DNA of 64,000 nucleotides from Chitinophagales bacterium (GCA_020636535.1 JACJXT010000011.1:1316812-1380811); one strand, 5' to 3'. Counted from the first letter of the stretch, positions 7,289-19,880 are shown. A program made the numbers and translations. Notes: generated by a model not told the origin, from the letters alone.

Positions 7289-8302
7289 TTAATCTAAAAA
7301 TACAGATAGTATTTTACTTATTTGTTCGCTTTCTATTAAAAATCCATCGTGTCCGTAAGGTGAGTCGATAACTACAAACTGACTGTGTGGTATAAGTGTT
7401 GCTAGTAATCTTTGTTCTTCTAGTGGAAATAAATAATCTGACTCAATACCTAATACTAGTGTTTTGCATTTTACGCGTTCTAATACTTCTAATGCTGTAC
7501 CTCTACTTCTTGTAATGTTATGATTATCCATGGCTTTACTTAAATACCAATACGAATAAGCATTAAATCGCTTAGCTAATTTTTCGCCTTGATATCGTTG
7601 ATAAGAACAAGCATTGAAATCTTCTAATTTGCTATTATCATCATCGGCCTGTGTTTTATTATAAGCCACATAGTTTCGATAGGAGATGAGTCCTACACTT
7701 CTGGCAGCTTTCATACCATTTAATCCACCATCTGGTCGATTGTCAAAAAACGAAGCATCTGCTTCTATTGCCATTCGCTGACTTTCATTAAAGGCAATTC
7801 CCCAAGGTGAGTGCTGAATGTTTGTAGCTCCTAATAAAATATGATCAAAGATATTCGGTTCTTCAATCACCCATTCCAATAATTGTTGTCCACCCATAGA
7901 AAATCCACAAGCAAAATGAATTTTATCAATACCAAGATGTGTTCGCAATTTCATTAAAGAATGTACCATATCTCTAACCGTTACAATAGGAAAATCTAAG
8001 TAATATGGTTCATTGGTATTTGGATTTATACTTAATGGTCCTGTAGAACCATAGCAAGAACCCAACATATTAGCACATACAATAAAATATTTTTCTGGAT
8101 TTAAAAACAATCCATCGCCAACCATACCTGGCCACCATTCTGTTGGATTGGAATTAGCAGAAAAAGCATGACATATCCATACTACATTAGATTTATCTTC
8201 ATTGAGTTTTCCAAAGGTATGATATGCCAATGCCAACTGCTTAAACTCGTAGCCAGATTCTGTAATCAGTGGCTCATTGATGGTTAAAATTTTTGGTTCC
8301 AA
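7289..8302 (-). CDS. metX: homoserine O-acetyltransferase
   Basis: 337 aa alpha/beta hydrolase with the nucleophile elbow GFSMGG. It has typical MetX length and N-terminus, and is adjacent to and translationally abutting metY. Confidence 0.9.
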   Translation of the reverse strand: MEPKILTINEPLITESGYEFKQLALAYHTFGKLNEDKSNVVWICHAFSANSNPTEWWPGMVGDGLFLNPEKYFIVCANMLGSCYGSTGPLSINPNTNEPYYLDFPIVTVRDMVHSLMKLRTHLGIDKIHFACGFSMGGQQLLEWVIEEPNIFDHILLGATNIQHSPWGIAFNESQRMAIEADASFFDNRPDGGLNGMKAARSVGLISYRNYVAYNKTQADDDNSKLEDFNACSYQRYQGEKLAKRFNAYSYWYLSKAMDNHNITRSRGTALEVLERVKCKTLVLGIESDYLFPLEEQRLLATLIPHSQFVVIDSPYGHDGFLIESEQISKILSVFLD

Positions 8303-9745
<1,443 letters not shown>

Positions 9746-9880
9746 AAAGTATTTATTGGTGATGATATTTCCAAGAAAAAGTGAAAATTAATTTATTCTA
9801 GTATAAATGACTTTTTTTGAGTGATTGGGATTGGTAGGAATTTTTAATTAGTATTTACTTTTTTATGTAATAGATACGAT

Positions 9881-9917
9881 TAGAAACAAAAATGCTTTCC
9901 GAAAAGGAAAGCATTTT
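9881..9917 (-). terminator. intrinsic terminator downstream of rplT
   Basis: 12-bp stem AAAATGCTTTCC/GGAAAGCATTTT with a 5-nt loop, followed on the - strand by TGTTTC. It lies 24 nt after the rplT stop. Confidence 0.6.
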
Positions 9918-9940
9918 GTATGATGTAATATAAATGATTA

Positions 9941-10285
9941 CTATTTCACTTGATTTACGATTGCTTCGAAAGCAGCAGGATCATTTAAAGCAATATCAGC
10001 TAATGCTTTTCTATTTAATTCTACTCCAGCTACTTTTAGCTTGTTCATCAATACAGAATACGACATACCATGCAATCTTGCAGCAGCATTAATTCTGGTA
10101 ATCCATAAACTTCTAAAATCTCTTTTTTTAAGTTTTCTGCCTGTATAAGCATAACCTAAACCTTTTTCAACAGCATTTTTGGCTACTGTCCATACATTTT
10201 TTCTTCTGCCAAAATACCCTTTGGCTTGTTTTAATACTTTTTTCTTTCTTGCTTTTGCAGCAACTGCATTGGTTGACCGTGGCAT
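9941..10285 (-). CDS. rplT: 50S ribosomal protein L20
   Basis: 114 aa, starting [30 protein letters not shown]..., the canonical L20 sequence. Confidence 0.95.
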   Translation of the reverse strand: MPRSTNAVAAKARKKKVLKQAKGYFGRRKNVWTVAKNAVEKGLGYAYTGRKLKKRDFRSLWITRINAAARLHGMSYSVLMNKLKVAGVELNRKALADIALNDPAAFEAIVNQVK

Positions 10286-10312
10286 AACTTTCTATTTTTA
10301 TTGTTTAACAAT

Positions 10313-10510
10313 TTAATTCAACACCAATAATCTTTTGGCGTTGTCCATATCAGCCGTATGCACTAGGCCTGAATGGGTTAATCTTTTCTTTTGCTTTTTA
10401 GTCTTCTTCGTTAAGATATGTCTCTTATAAGCTTTATTTCTTTTTATTTTACCACTTCCGGTAACTTTAAATCTTTTCTTTGCACTAGAGTTTGTCTTTT
10501 TCTTTGGCAT
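10313..10510 (-). CDS. rpmI: 50S ribosomal protein L35
   Basis: [24 protein letters not shown]... The start is moved to the internal ATG at 10510, giving 65 aa, the usual L35 length. Confidence 0.9.
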   Translation of the reverse strand: MPKKKTNSSAKKRFKVTGSGKIKRNKAYKRHILTKKTKKQKKRLTHSGLVHTADMDNAKRLLVLN

Positions 10511-10760
10511 GACTTCTACTTTATTTATAATCAATAAGTTTTACCTACTTTCAGGTAAAGCGAGTGCAAAGATAGTATTTTATTTTATAAAACTATAATG
10601 CTCTAATGTAAATTCATCGTAAAATATTAAATTCTATTGATGCCTTAAAAATCTTTAATTGCATATCACCTCTACATGCTGAATTTATTTCAGCATCTTC
10701 TTTAAAAAGGTTAACTATGTAGATTCTGAGACAAGTTTAGAATATAACATCGTAAAATAT

Positions 10761-12095
10761 TTAACGATTAAATGACAATTGCAATCCTTTTTGGCTTTCA
10801 TCAAAAATACCATTATTATAAGCTAAGTGTCCACTTACAAAAGTATAATTTACTTTTCCTTTTATAGTCTGATTTTCAAAAGGCGACCAAGCACATTGGT
10901 ATAAAATATTGTCTTTATTTACTTGCCACAATTGATTAATATCTACGATAGCAATATCTGCGAAATAACCTGCTCTTAAATAACCTCTATTGTTAATTTT
11001 AAAACATTGAGCAGGAGCATGGCTCATCTTTTCTACAATTTTTTCCAAACTTATTAATCCACGATGATAAAAATCTAACATAATATTTAAACTATGTTGT
11101 ACCAAAGGAACACCAGATGGAGCTTGCCAATAGTACTGTTGTTTTTCTTCCCAAGTATGTGGAGCATGGTCAGTTGCTATAATATCTAATCGATTATCTA
11201 ATAACGCTTTCAATAATGCATCTTGATTTTCTTTTGATTTTATGGCAGGATTACATTTAATGAGATTGCCATATTGTGCATAATCATTAGCATTAAAATA
11301 CAAATGATGTACACATACTTCAGAAGTAATTTTTTTATCACTCAAAGAAAGTGCATTATCAAACAAAGCCAATTCTTTTTCAGTAGAAATATGCAAAATG
11401 TGCAGTCTTGTTTGATGTTTCTTGGCTAAATCAACAGCAAAAGAAGAAGATAAATAACACGCTTCATCATCTCTTATAATTGGATGAATTGCTGCTGTAG
11501 CACTATCACCTAATTTTTGTTGGTAATAAGCATTTCTTTCTTTTACTCTGTTTTCATTTTCGCAATGTGTAGCAATAAGCATTGGTGTATTAGCAAAAAT
11601 TTTGCTTAGTGTGTGTTCATTATCTACCAACATATTACCAGTAGAAGAACCCATAAAAATTTTAATACCACAAACTTCTTTGGTCGAAGTACGCATCACT
11701 TCATCGTAATTGTCATTACTAACACCCATAAAAAATGAGTAATTAGCCAGTGATGTATTTTTGCCAATTTGGTACTTATCTTCTAGTAGTTGTTGAGTTA
11801 AAGCAGGAGGTTTAGTGTTTGGCATTTCCATAAAAGAAGTTGTGCCACCAGCTACTGCTGCTTTGGCTTCGTTATAAATATGTGCTTTATGAGTTAAACC
11901 AGGTTCTCTAAAATGCACTTGGTCGTCAATAATTCCAGGAATGACATATTGATTCTGAGCATCAATTATAGTAGCAGTATCGTGTGAAATATCACTATCA
12001 ATTTTACTAATAATTTGGTCTTCAATTAATATATCTTGCTGTATAATTTTTCCTTCGTTTACTACTTGTCCGTTTTTTATTAAATATCTTTTCAT
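10761..12095 (-). CDS. pyrC: dihydroorotase-type cyclic amidohydrolase
   Basis: 444 aa. Metal-binding DDQVHFREPG (HxH) and ATDHAPH motifs of the type I dihydroorotase/allantoinase family are present. Confidence 0.78.
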   Translation of the reverse strand: MKRYLIKNGQVVNEGKIIQQDILIEDQIISKIDSDISHDTATIIDAQNQYVIPGIIDDQVHFREPGLTHKAHIYNEAKAAVAGGTTSFMEMPNTKPPALTQQLLEDKYQIGKNTSLANYSFFMGVSNDNYDEVMRTSTKEVCGIKIFMGSSTGNMLVDNEHTLSKIFANTPMLIATHCENENRVKERNAYYQQKLGDSATAAIHPIIRDDEACYLSSSFAVDLAKKHQTRLHILHISTEKELALFDNALSLSDKKITSEVCVHHLYFNANDYAQYGNLIKCNPAIKSKENQDALLKALLDNRLDIIATDHAPHTWEEKQQYYWQAPSGVPLVQHSLNIMLDFYHRGLISLEKIVEKMSHAPAQCFKINNRGYLRAGYFADIAIVDINQLWQVNKDNILYQCAWSPFENQTIKGKVNYTFVSGHLAYNNGIFDESQKGLQLSFNR

Positions 12096-12167
12096 GTTTT
12101 TTAGTTCTCAAATTATAGAATAGTCAAAAATAAGGTATAAAAATTTATCTTTACAAAAAATAAACCT

Positions 12168-13937
12168 ATGCATTTAGCACTCATCGATTGGATTATCATT
12201 GCCAGTTCTTTTTTATTATATCTTTTCGTAGGATTAAAATATGCCAAACAAGCTGGAAAAAATACCGAAGAGTTTTTCTTAGGTGGTAGAAGCATGGGCT
12301 GGTTACTTGCTGGCGTGTCTATGGTAGCTACTACTTTCGCTGCAGATACACCTTTGGCAGTTGCTGAAATTGTAGGTAATAATGGTATTTCTGGCAACTG
12401 GATTTGGTGGAGTTTTCTTGCAGGTGGTATGCTAACAACTTTCTTTTTTGCTAATCTTTGGCGTAGAAGTGGCGTATTGACCGAAGTCGAACTAATCGAA
12501 CTCAGATACCATGGAAAACCTGCTCAGTTATTACGAGGTTTCAAAGCCATTTATTTAGGTGTATTTATCAACTGTATTATTATTGCTTGGGTAAATGTTG
12601 CCATGTCTTCTATACTACAAGTATTTTTCGATTTATCACCAGAAAAAGCACTTTTTTATACTGCACTTGCTATGGCATTTGTAGCAGTTTATACTTCTGT
12701 TTCTGGTTTAATGGGCGTTGCCGTTACCGATGCTGTTCAGTTTGTTATTGCAATGACTGGCTGTATTATTTTAGCAGTTTTAGTCGTTACTTCTGAAAAA
12801 ATTGGAGGCATTCACGGTTTAAAAGAGCAAGTCAATGCAGTTGCTCCTGGTGCTTTAAATTTCTTTCCATCAATTAGTTCTGGTAGTGGAGGTGCTAAAA
12901 TTTTTGCTATTTCTGCTTTGTCATTTTTTGCTTATTTAGGTGTACAATGGTGGGCAAGTTGGTATCCTGGTGCAGAACCTGGTGGTGGTGGATATGTGGC
13001 TCAAAGAATGATGAGTACTAAATCTGAAAAAGATGCAGTTTATGCTACACTATTCTTTCAAATTGCTCATTACTGTATTCGTCCTTGGCCTTGGATTTTA
13101 GTCGGATTAGCTGCAATGGTTTTATATCCAAATTTAACAGGAGGTGATGTAAAATTAGGATATGTTTATGCAATGAAAGACTTTTTACCTACTGGTTTAA
13201 AAGGATTATTACTGGTAGCTTTTTTCGCAGCTTATATGAGTACAATTGCTACTCAATTAAATTGGGGAACAAGTTATGTAGTCAACGATTTTTATAAACG
13301 ATTTATAGAACCTAAAGCAACAGAAAAACAATTGGTTGCTACAGCAAGAATTACTACCATTATTTTAATGATAATCGGATTGGCGGTTAGTACTAAAGTC
13401 AATTCTATTTCTGGAGCGTGGTCGTTTTTAATGGAGTGTGGTGCAGGCTTAGGTTTAGTTTTGATACTACGATGGTATTGGTGGCGAATTAATGCTTGGA
13501 GCGAAATTGCGGCTACAATTGCACCTTTTGTTATTTATACAATTATTTCTATCTTACGATTAAAATATCCAAACGCTACTTATTTACAATTTCCAGATAG
13601 TTTTTTAATTACAGTTGCTGGTACTACAATAATTTGGATTATAGTTACCTTTCTTACTAAACCAACAGCTACAACTACGCTACAAAATTTTTACGATAAG
13701 GTACAACCAGATGGAGCTTGGTCGCCATTTAGAAACAAGCAAAACTATAACAGTAGCAACCTAATCAATCTTTTTATTTGTTGGATTAGTGGCATCTGTT
13801 TTACTTATTCTACACTCTTTTTTATAGGAAAACTTATCTTAGCAGAATGGAAAAGTGCTGTAATATTTGGTGCAACTTTATTGGTCAGTTTGTTTATCTT
13901 TACAGCAGTAGTTAAAAAAACGACAATCTTTAAATAG
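12168..13937 (+). CDS. sodium:solute symporter (SSF) family transporter
   Basis: 589 aa polytopic membrane protein. SSF-like blocks include FFLGGRSMGW and GGGYVAQRMMS. Confidence 0.85.
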   Translation: MHLALIDWIIIASSFLLYLFVGLKYAKQAGKNTEEFFLGGRSMGWLLAGVSMVATTFAADTPLAVAEIVGNNGISGNWIWWSFLAGGMLTTFFFANLWRRSGVLTEVELIELRYHGKPAQLLRGFKAIYLGVFINCIIIAWVNVAMSSILQVFFDLSPEKALFYTALAMAFVAVYTSVSGLMGVAVTDAVQFVIAMTGCIILAVLVVTSEKIGGIHGLKEQVNAVAPGALNFFPSISSGSGGAKIFAISALSFFAYLGVQWWASWYPGAEPGGGGYVAQRMMSTKSEKDAVYATLFFQIAHYCIRPWPWILVGLAAMVLYPNLTGGDVKLGYVYAMKDFLPTGLKGLLLVAFFAAYMSTIATQLNWGTSYVVNDFYKRFIEPKATEKQLVATARITTIILMIIGLAVSTKVNSISGAWSFLMECGAGLGLVLILRWYWWRINAWSEIAATIAPFVIYTIISILRLKYPNATYLQFPDSFLITVAGTTIIWIIVTFLTKPTATTTLQNFYDKVQPDGAWSPFRNKQNYNSSNLINLFICWISGICFTYSTLFFIGKLILAEWKSAVIFGATLLVSLFIFTAVVKKTTIFK

Positions 13938-13938
13938 T

Positions 13939-15645
13939 ATGAATTTTTATAAATTTAGTTTCTTAAATATATTTTCATTATTAGTATGCTTTTCTTTTGC
14001 TCAAGGTGGAACTTATGTGCCATTAGGTAGTCAAACATATCATTATTTAGATAGATTAGAAATTAAGTCTGGTTTAGTAGATGGTTTTCATACTGCAAGC
14101 AAACCATACGACAGAGCTATGGTCATGAATTTTGTAGGAAGAATTGATACAGGCGACATAGAAATTGACTTAACAAAATTAGATGAAAAAAACCTATTGT
14201 ATCTCTACAAAGACAATTTTGAATTTGATTATGATGAAAAGATAGATAGGAGAGATAGAGCTGTTTTAGGATTTATGTACAAACATCCTGCACATTTTAT
14301 GAGTGTAGAAACGCCACATTTTAAAGCAGCAGTAAATCCAGCTGTTTATGTAAGAGGTGGACAAGATTTTGCAGAAAAAGATTTTAAATTTTTCAACTCA
14401 AAAGGCTTTGAAGCAAGAGGGCAGATTGATAAATGGGTTGGATTTTATGCTTTGTTTTTATCAGAACAAGGTCGATTTCCAAACTATGTCAATCAATATG
14501 TAAAACAACACAAAGTTGTGCCACATGCTGGTTACTGGAAAGAATATGGCAACGGTGGTTTCGATTATTTCTTAGCTAAAGGTTATGTAACTTTCTCACC
14601 ATCAAAACACATTAACTTTCAATTTGGCTACGATAATAATTTTATTGGTGATGGTATTCGCTCTATGTTTTTATCAGATTTTAGTAACAATTATATGTTT
14701 TTTAAAATCAATACAAATGTCTGGAAAATCAATTATCAAAATATATTTGCCGAATTAACTAAATACTATGGTCATGGTGCAGATGGTTTGCTAGATAAAA
14801 AATATGTAGCCATGCATCACTTAAGTTTTAATATTACTAAGTGGTTAAACTTAGGCGTATTTGAATCGGTGGTGTTTAGCAGAGCAAATCATTTTGAGCT
14901 ACAATATCTTAATCCATTAATATTTTATCGTTCTATAGAACAAGCTTTAGGTTCGCCAGACAATGCTTTTATTGGTTTCGATTTTAAGATGAATTTTGCC
15001 AAGCATCTTCAGTTTTATGGTCAACTATTATTAGATGAGTTGAATTTCTCGAAAGAGTTTAGCGTTCCAGGAAAAAGTAAATTCTATGGTTTAACACATC
15101 CAAACAAATGGTGGGCAAATAAATTTTCAGCACAGTTTGGTTTAAAGTATATCGATATGTTTGGTGTAGATCATTTAGATTTCCAGTTTGAAGCCAATGT
15201 ATCTCGACCATACACATATAGTCATACAGATACTATTACTTCTTATACGCACTACAATCAACCATTGGCACATCCATTAGGAGCAAATTTTACCGAGTTA
15301 ATAGCTGAAATCAAATATCAACCATTGCAGCAATTATTTATATCAAGTAGATTTATATATAATAAATACGGAGAAAATACAAGTACAGAAAATTGGGGAG
15401 CAGATCCACTACAACCATATGGTAATTTTGTAAATGAATTTGGCAATTATATTGGACAAGGTGTTCAAGCCAAACAGTTTTATGTTGATGTTTTAGCTAC
15501 TTACGAACCATGGCACAACATATTTGTAGATTTAAATTATATCTATAGAAAGAAGAACAGTCAAAATGATGCATTGGATATGAAAACGCATTTTGTAAAC
15601 TTAGGATTGCGTTGGTCAATTCCGTATAGACGATACGAGTTTTAA
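13939..15645 (+). CDS. outer-membrane beta-barrel protein, capsule-assembly Wzi-like
   Basis: 568 aa with a signal peptide. The N-terminal YHYLDRLEIKSG block is remembered from Wzi-family proteins. The C-terminal two-thirds is aromatic-rich with alternating residues, and the protein ends RRYEF. The family call comes from memory only. Confidence 0.5.
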   Translation: MNFYKFSFLNIFSLLVCFSFAQGGTYVPLGSQTYHYLDRLEIKSGLVDGFHTASKPYDRAMVMNFVGRIDTGDIEIDLTKLDEKNLLYLYKDNFEFDYDEKIDRRDRAVLGFMYKHPAHFMSVETPHFKAAVNPAVYVRGGQDFAEKDFKFFNSKGFEARGQIDKWVGFYALFLSEQGRFPNYVNQYVKQHKVVPHAGYWKEYGNGGFDYFLAKGYVTFSPSKHINFQFGYDNNFIGDGIRSMFLSDFSNNYMFFKINTNVWKINYQNIFAELTKYYGHGADGLLDKKYVAMHHLSFNITKWLNLGVFESVVFSRANHFELQYLNPLIFYRSIEQALGSPDNAFIGFDFKMNFAKHLQFYGQLLLDELNFSKEFSVPGKSKFYGLTHPNKWWANKFSAQFGLKYIDMFGVDHLDFQFEANVSRPYTYSHTDTITSYTHYNQPLAHPLGANFTELIAEIKYQPLQQLFISSRFIYNKYGENTSTENWGADPLQPYGNFVNEFGNYIGQGVQAKQFYVDVLATYEPWHNIFVDLNYIYRKKNSQNDALDMKTHFVNLGLRWSIPYRRYEF

Positions 15646-15669
15646 GAAGACTTACTATAAAGTAGAACT

Positions 15670-16098
15670 TTACAACTGTTGCTTCGCTTTAAAAGCAATG
15701 GCATAATTTTTCATTTGTTTTACCATACTTACTAAACCATTGGCTCTAGTAGGAGACAAGTGTTCTTTTAATCCAATTTGGTCTAAAAAATATAAATTGG
15801 TATTTAATATTTCATCTGCACTATGATTAGACAATACTTTTACCAATAAACCAACAATACCTTTGGTAATAATAGCATCGCTGTCGGCTTTAAAAATAAT
15901 ATGGTTGTTATTTTCTTCTGCTACCAACCATACTCTAGATTGACAACCTTTAATGAGATTCTCTTCGGTTTTATATTGTTCTTCTAATGTTTGTAATGAC
16001 TTACCAAATTCAATTAAATATTCGTACTTGTCGTTCCAATCTTCAAACATAGCAAAATCATCTATAATGCTGTCTTGTATTTCGTTAATGGTGTTCAT
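15670..16098 (-). CDS. sufE: SufE-family cysteine desulfuration protein
   Basis: 142 aa with the active-site context IKGCQSRVWL. It is the last gene of the suf cluster. Confidence 0.85.
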   Translation of the reverse strand: MNTINEIQDSIIDDFAMFEDWNDKYEYLIEFGKSLQTLEEQYKTEENLIKGCQSRVWLVAEENNNHIIFKADSDAIITKGIVGLLVKVLSNHSADEILNTNLYFLDQIGLKEHLSPTRANGLVSMVKQMKNYAIAFKAKQQL

Positions 16099-16505
16099 TG
16101 TTTTGATATTATATTTATAAATTCGTTAATAGTAATTATATTATGCTTTGGAAATGTAATATTTTTAATTATGTTAAAGTCTTTATCATTAGTGACTAAA
16201 TAGTTGCTCTTACTTGTATAGTAAATGTCTAAGAATTTATTATCATCTTTATCTTTTAAAATATCACTTTTAAAAAGCGGTTCTATTTTTATTACATTTG
16301 GTAGAATAAGTAGTGAGGTAATAAAATTATTTGCAATTGTTTTATTAAAATTTTGCTGTAGCTTTTCTTCGTATTCTAATAAAATTTCATTAGAAATATA
16401 AAGTTCATACTTTCCTTCAAATAATTTTTGTATTATAGAATGTGCCTTTGATTTTATATATATGGAAGATAAAATAATATTTGTATCAACTACAACTCTT
16501 AACAC
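16095..16505 (-). CDS. PIN-domain toxin (VapC-like), paralogue 1
   Basis: 136 aa with MLRVVVDTNIILSS, ISNEILLEYEE, DDNKFLD and LVTNDKDF acidic-residue blocks. It is about 40% identical by eye to 21152-21571, and its stop overlaps the sufE start by 4 nt. Confidence 0.75.
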   Translation of the reverse strand: MLRVVVDTNIILSSIYIKSKAHSIIQKLFEGKYELYISNEILLEYEEKLQQNFNKTIANNFITSLLILPNVIKIEPLFKSDILKDKDDNKFLDIYYTSKSNYLVTNDKDFNIIKNITFPKHNIITINEFINIISKQ

Positions 16506-16712
16506 TTATTCTCCTTTAATCCATTTCTCAATATCATCATCTGAATAATTTTTTTCCTTCCACACTTTCTCTAATTCTTCTTGGGTTTTTAAATAGAAAT
16601 ATTTTGCCCATAAAACTTTAAGTGCATTTACATCTTCTTCAGATAATCTTTGGCTTTTAGAAAGTTCTAAAAATGATAATTCTAAATCATTAAATAAAGG
16701 CGATTCAACCAT
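16506..16712 (-). CDS. small putative antitoxin partner of the PIN toxin, paralogue 1
   Basis: 68 aa, immediately abutting the PIN gene. It shares ...LEL/LKL...KYF.K......KV..EKNY...D...W.. with 21571-21783. Confidence 0.5.
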   Translation of the reverse strand: MVESPLFNDLELSFLELSKSQRLSEEDVNALKVLWAKYFYLKTQEELEKVWKEKNYSDDDIEKWIKGE

Positions 16713-16738
16713 AGTTTAAAATTAATTAAAATATTCTA

Positions 16739-17956
16739 CTAACTCAACATTTTTTTTGCTTTCAAAATTCCTTCGTATAAACTATCAATTTCTTCTTTTG
16801 TGTTGTACATAGCAAATGATGCTCTGCAAGTTCCTGGAATGTTGTAAAAATCCATAATAGGTTGTGTACAATGGTGTCCTGTTCTAATTGCAATCCCTTG
16901 ATTGTCTAAAATAACGCCAACATCGTAAGGATGAATACCATCTAGCAAAAAGGAAATAACACTCGATTTTTCTTTTGCAGTACCATAAATTGTTAAACCA
17001 TTAATGCTTTGTAATTTTTCGGTAGCATAGTGTAGCAATTCATTTTCGTAGGCAGCAATATTGTCTAATCCAATTTGTTCTACAAACTCAATGGCATTTT
17101 TAAGTGCTATTGAACCAGCAATATTTGGTGTACCTGCTTCAAACTTAAAAGGCAAATCGTTATATATTGTTTTTTTAAAAGTAACCTCTTTAATCATATC
17201 ACCACCACCAAAAAATGGAGGCATTTCGTTAAGCATATCTTCTTTGCCATATAAAATTCCAGTACCAGTTGGACCATAAATTTTATGTCCACTAAAAACT
17301 AAAAAATCGCAATCTAAATCTTGTACATCTATTTTAAAATGTTGTATAGATTGTGCTGCATCAATTAAAATTTTTGCCTTGTGTTGATGTGCAATATTTA
17401 TAATTTCTTTAATTGGATTGATAGTGCCTAATGCATTAGAAATATGAGTGATACTCACCATTTTTGTTTTGTTAGTGATGGTATTTTGAATGTCTTCTAT
17501 TTGAAGCGAACCATCTTGTTGCATTGGAATAATTTTGAGTACAGCTTTTCTTTCTTCACAAATCATTTGCCAAGGCACAATGTTAGAATGATGTTCCATT
17601 GCAGAAATAACAACTTCATCGCCTTCGTTTAAAAATTTTCTTCCAAAGCTATTGGCTACCAAATTGATACCTTCTGTTGTTCCTGATGTAAAAATAACTT
17701 CGTAATTATTCTTTGTATTTATATATTTTTGAATAGTATTTCTTGTTTGTTCATATAAGTCTGTACCAATCTGACTTAAATAATGCACACCACGATGTAT
17801 GTTGGCGTAGTAGTGTTCGTAGTATTCTTTTTCTGCTTGAATAACCGTAATTGGCTTTTGCGTAGAAGCACCATTGTCTAAATAGACTAAAGGTTTATTT
17901 CTAATCGTTTCGTTTAGTATCGGAAATTGTTGTCGTATTTGTTGTATGTTGAGCAT
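16739..17956 (-). CDS. sufS: cysteine desulfurase SufS
   Basis: 405 aa class-V aminotransferase. PLP-lysine context FSGHKIYGPTG and catalytic cysteine context RTGHHCTQP are present. Confidence 0.92.
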   Translation of the reverse strand: MLNIQQIRQQFPILNETIRNKPLVYLDNGASTQKPITVIQAEKEYYEHYYANIHRGVHYLSQIGTDLYEQTRNTIQKYINTKNNYEVIFTSGTTEGINLVANSFGRKFLNEGDEVVISAMEHHSNIVPWQMICEERKAVLKIIPMQQDGSLQIEDIQNTITNKTKMVSITHISNALGTINPIKEIINIAHQHKAKILIDAAQSIQHFKIDVQDLDCDFLVFSGHKIYGPTGTGILYGKEDMLNEMPPFFGGGDMIKEVTFKKTIYNDLPFKFEAGTPNIAGSIALKNAIEFVEQIGLDNIAAYENELLHYATEKLQSINGLTIYGTAKEKSSVISFLLDGIHPYDVGVILDNQGIAIRTGHHCTQPIMDFYNIPGTCRASFAMYNTKEEIDSLYEGILKAKKMLS

Positions 17957-18655
17957 TTAAAAGTTTATTTTATAATTTATAATTTTTGTCAATACATTAT
18001 TAACAATATTATCATTATTAACTAAATACTTAAAGCAAATAGTATCGAATTTGTATTCGTTTTCTTTTAAATAATCAATATTGTTATATCTAATTAATAT
18101 TCCTTTCATTGTATCATTAATCTCAAAATGACCTTTATTCAATATCAAGTCAATTTTATCTCTTGCATTGTTTGCCTCAGATAAGTCAACCACAACATCA
18201 ACTGAATAATAATTTGCGTGATTGAATTTTTGATTGTACAAACTTATAAAGTATGTAGTTAAAGAATAACAAGTGTTATTATTAATAATAGCATTACTAA
18301 TAATAAACTTTAAAGAGTCATTAGAAATACTACAAGGTGCTTCATTATATTGAAAAAGATTATAAACCATATATTTACTTCTATAATTGCTATAGAATTT
18401 AATACTATCAATAAAGGAAATATTTTCATCTACAAATACATTTAATGAAGTATCAGAATAAATAAGACTGTCTTTATTGTATTTTATTTTTCTGTCAAAA
18501 AAAACATCTTTTGTTGCAATCGATTTTTTTTCTGCTATTTCATTACTTTTATTGGAATTGTTAAATGAATTACATCTGTATAATATTATACACAAAAAAA
18601 TAAAAACAATATAATTAACTATAGTATTCACCTTATATTTCAACCATTTATTCAA
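17957..18655 (-). CDS. hypothetical membrane-anchored protein (Asn/Ile-rich) embedded in the suf operon
   Basis: 232 aa with an N-terminal hydrophobic helix. No motif recognised. It overlaps the sufD stop by 8 nt and abuts the sufS start. Confidence 0.5.
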   Translation of the reverse strand: MNKWLKYKVNTIVNYIVFIFLCIILYRCNSFNNSNKSNEIAEKKSIATKDVFFDRKIKYNKDSLIYSDTSLNVFVDENISFIDSIKFYSNYRSKYMVYNLFQYNEAPCSISNDSLKFIISNAIINNNTCYSLTTYFISLYNQKFNHANYYSVDVVVDLSEANNARDKIDLILNKGHFEINDTMKGILIRYNNIDYLKENEYKFDTICFKYLVNNDNIVNNVLTKIINYKINF

Positions 18656-19880
18656 TATCTATATTTAATTTTTTGGCGATTTTTTTAATGAGTAACTCTC
18701 TTATGTTTTTATTACTAATGCTTTCTATTACTTCGAGAGCAAAGGCATACGATAAATAATTTTTAGCACTTTCTTTGTCTATTCCTCTACTTCGCAAATA
18801 AAATAATTCGCTGTCTTCAATTTGTGCAATGGTAGCACCGTGACTACACTTTACATCATCAGCATAAATTTCTAATTGTGGTTTGGTATATACATGTGCT
18901 TCATCACTAATTAAAATATTTTTGTTAGACTGAAAGGCATTGGTCTTTTGTGCATCTTTGTGGACTATAATTTTTCCGTTAAACACGCCAACTGCTTCAC
19001 CACCAATAATGCCTTTGTACAATTCATTGCTATTACAATTAGCAACTTTGTGATCGACTTGTGTTCTATTATCTACATGTTCATTATTGTTTAATAAATA
19101 TAATCCATACATATTACTTTCGGTATGCTCACCATTAGATGCAAAGTGTAAAACATTTCTTACAATATTGGCAGAAAGTGTAGTGGTAAATACACTACAA
19201 ACACTTGTTTTGTCTTGGTTGATGTAGGTATTATCAGTAATGTTTAATTGATTTCCTGCATCTTGAATTTTATACCATTGTACAACTGCATTTTCTGCTA
19301 CGCTTATTGTAGTATAGTTATTCATATACGATAAAAAATTATCATCATTAATATAATGTTCTATAAATTGTACTTGTGTATTTTTTCCTACTTTAATTTG
19401 GTTGTGGTGTTGAAGCATACTATTGGCATTGGTATTGATATACACTAATTCAATAGGATTTTCTAACAATAGATTATCTGCTAGTTCTATATGTAACGCA
19501 TCTGTACTTAATGCTTGGTTAAGTTGGATTAAAAAATTATTGTCAGCAATAAAATTATCTGCTATGCCATTCCAAAATATAATTTTAGGATTTTGTTCTA
19601 AACTAGACAAAGCACTTTGAAACTGTCCGTTTACAAAAACCAAACGATTTGGTGAATAACAAATAGCATCTATATAGTCGTTATTGATGGAATTAGGAAT
19701 AGTATTATTATTGGCTAATATATCAATATTTTTTATTATATTATTGAAATAAGTATATTTCCATTCTTCTTGTTTCATGCTAGGGAAACCTAAATCGACT
19801 GCTTTTAACAATGCTTCTTGTTGTTTTTTATCATTTAATTTAGATGATATTTCTTTTAGTGTATCTATTGTTATGTTCAT
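18648..19880 (-). CDS. sufD: Fe-S cluster assembly protein SufD
   Basis: 410 aa. The C-terminal beta-helix block KPQLEIYADDVKCSHGATIAQI...LFYLRSRGI is typical of SufD/SufB. Confidence 0.85.
   Translation of the reverse strand: MNITIDTLKEISSKLNDKKQQEALLKAVDLGFPSMKQEEWKYTYFNNIIKNIDILANNNTIPNSINNDYIDAICYSPNRLVFVNGQFQSALSSLEQNPKIIFWNGIADNFIADNNFLIQLNQALSTDALHIELADNLLLENPIELVYINTNANSMLQHHNQIKVGKNTQVQFIEHYINDDNFLSYMNNYTTISVAENAVVQWYKIQDAGNQLNITDNTYINQDKTSVCSVFTTTLSANIVRNVLHFASNGEHTESNMYGLYLLNNNEHVDNRTQVDHKVANCNSNELYKGIIGGEAVGVFNGKIIVHKDAQKTNAFQSNKNILISDEAHVYTKPQLEIYADDVKCSHGATIAQIEDSELFYLRSRGIDKESAKNYLSYAFALEVIESISNKNIRELLIKKIAKKLNIDIE

Noticed and set aside
10511-10760. An unusual rpmI-rplT operon lacking infC upstream, and a TTTACCT-N6-AGGTAAA hairpin in the leader as an L20/L35 autoregulatory site.
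   Set aside because: Gene-order variation of infC is not assessable from one window. The hairpin is short, and I cannot relate it to the known L20 leader structure.
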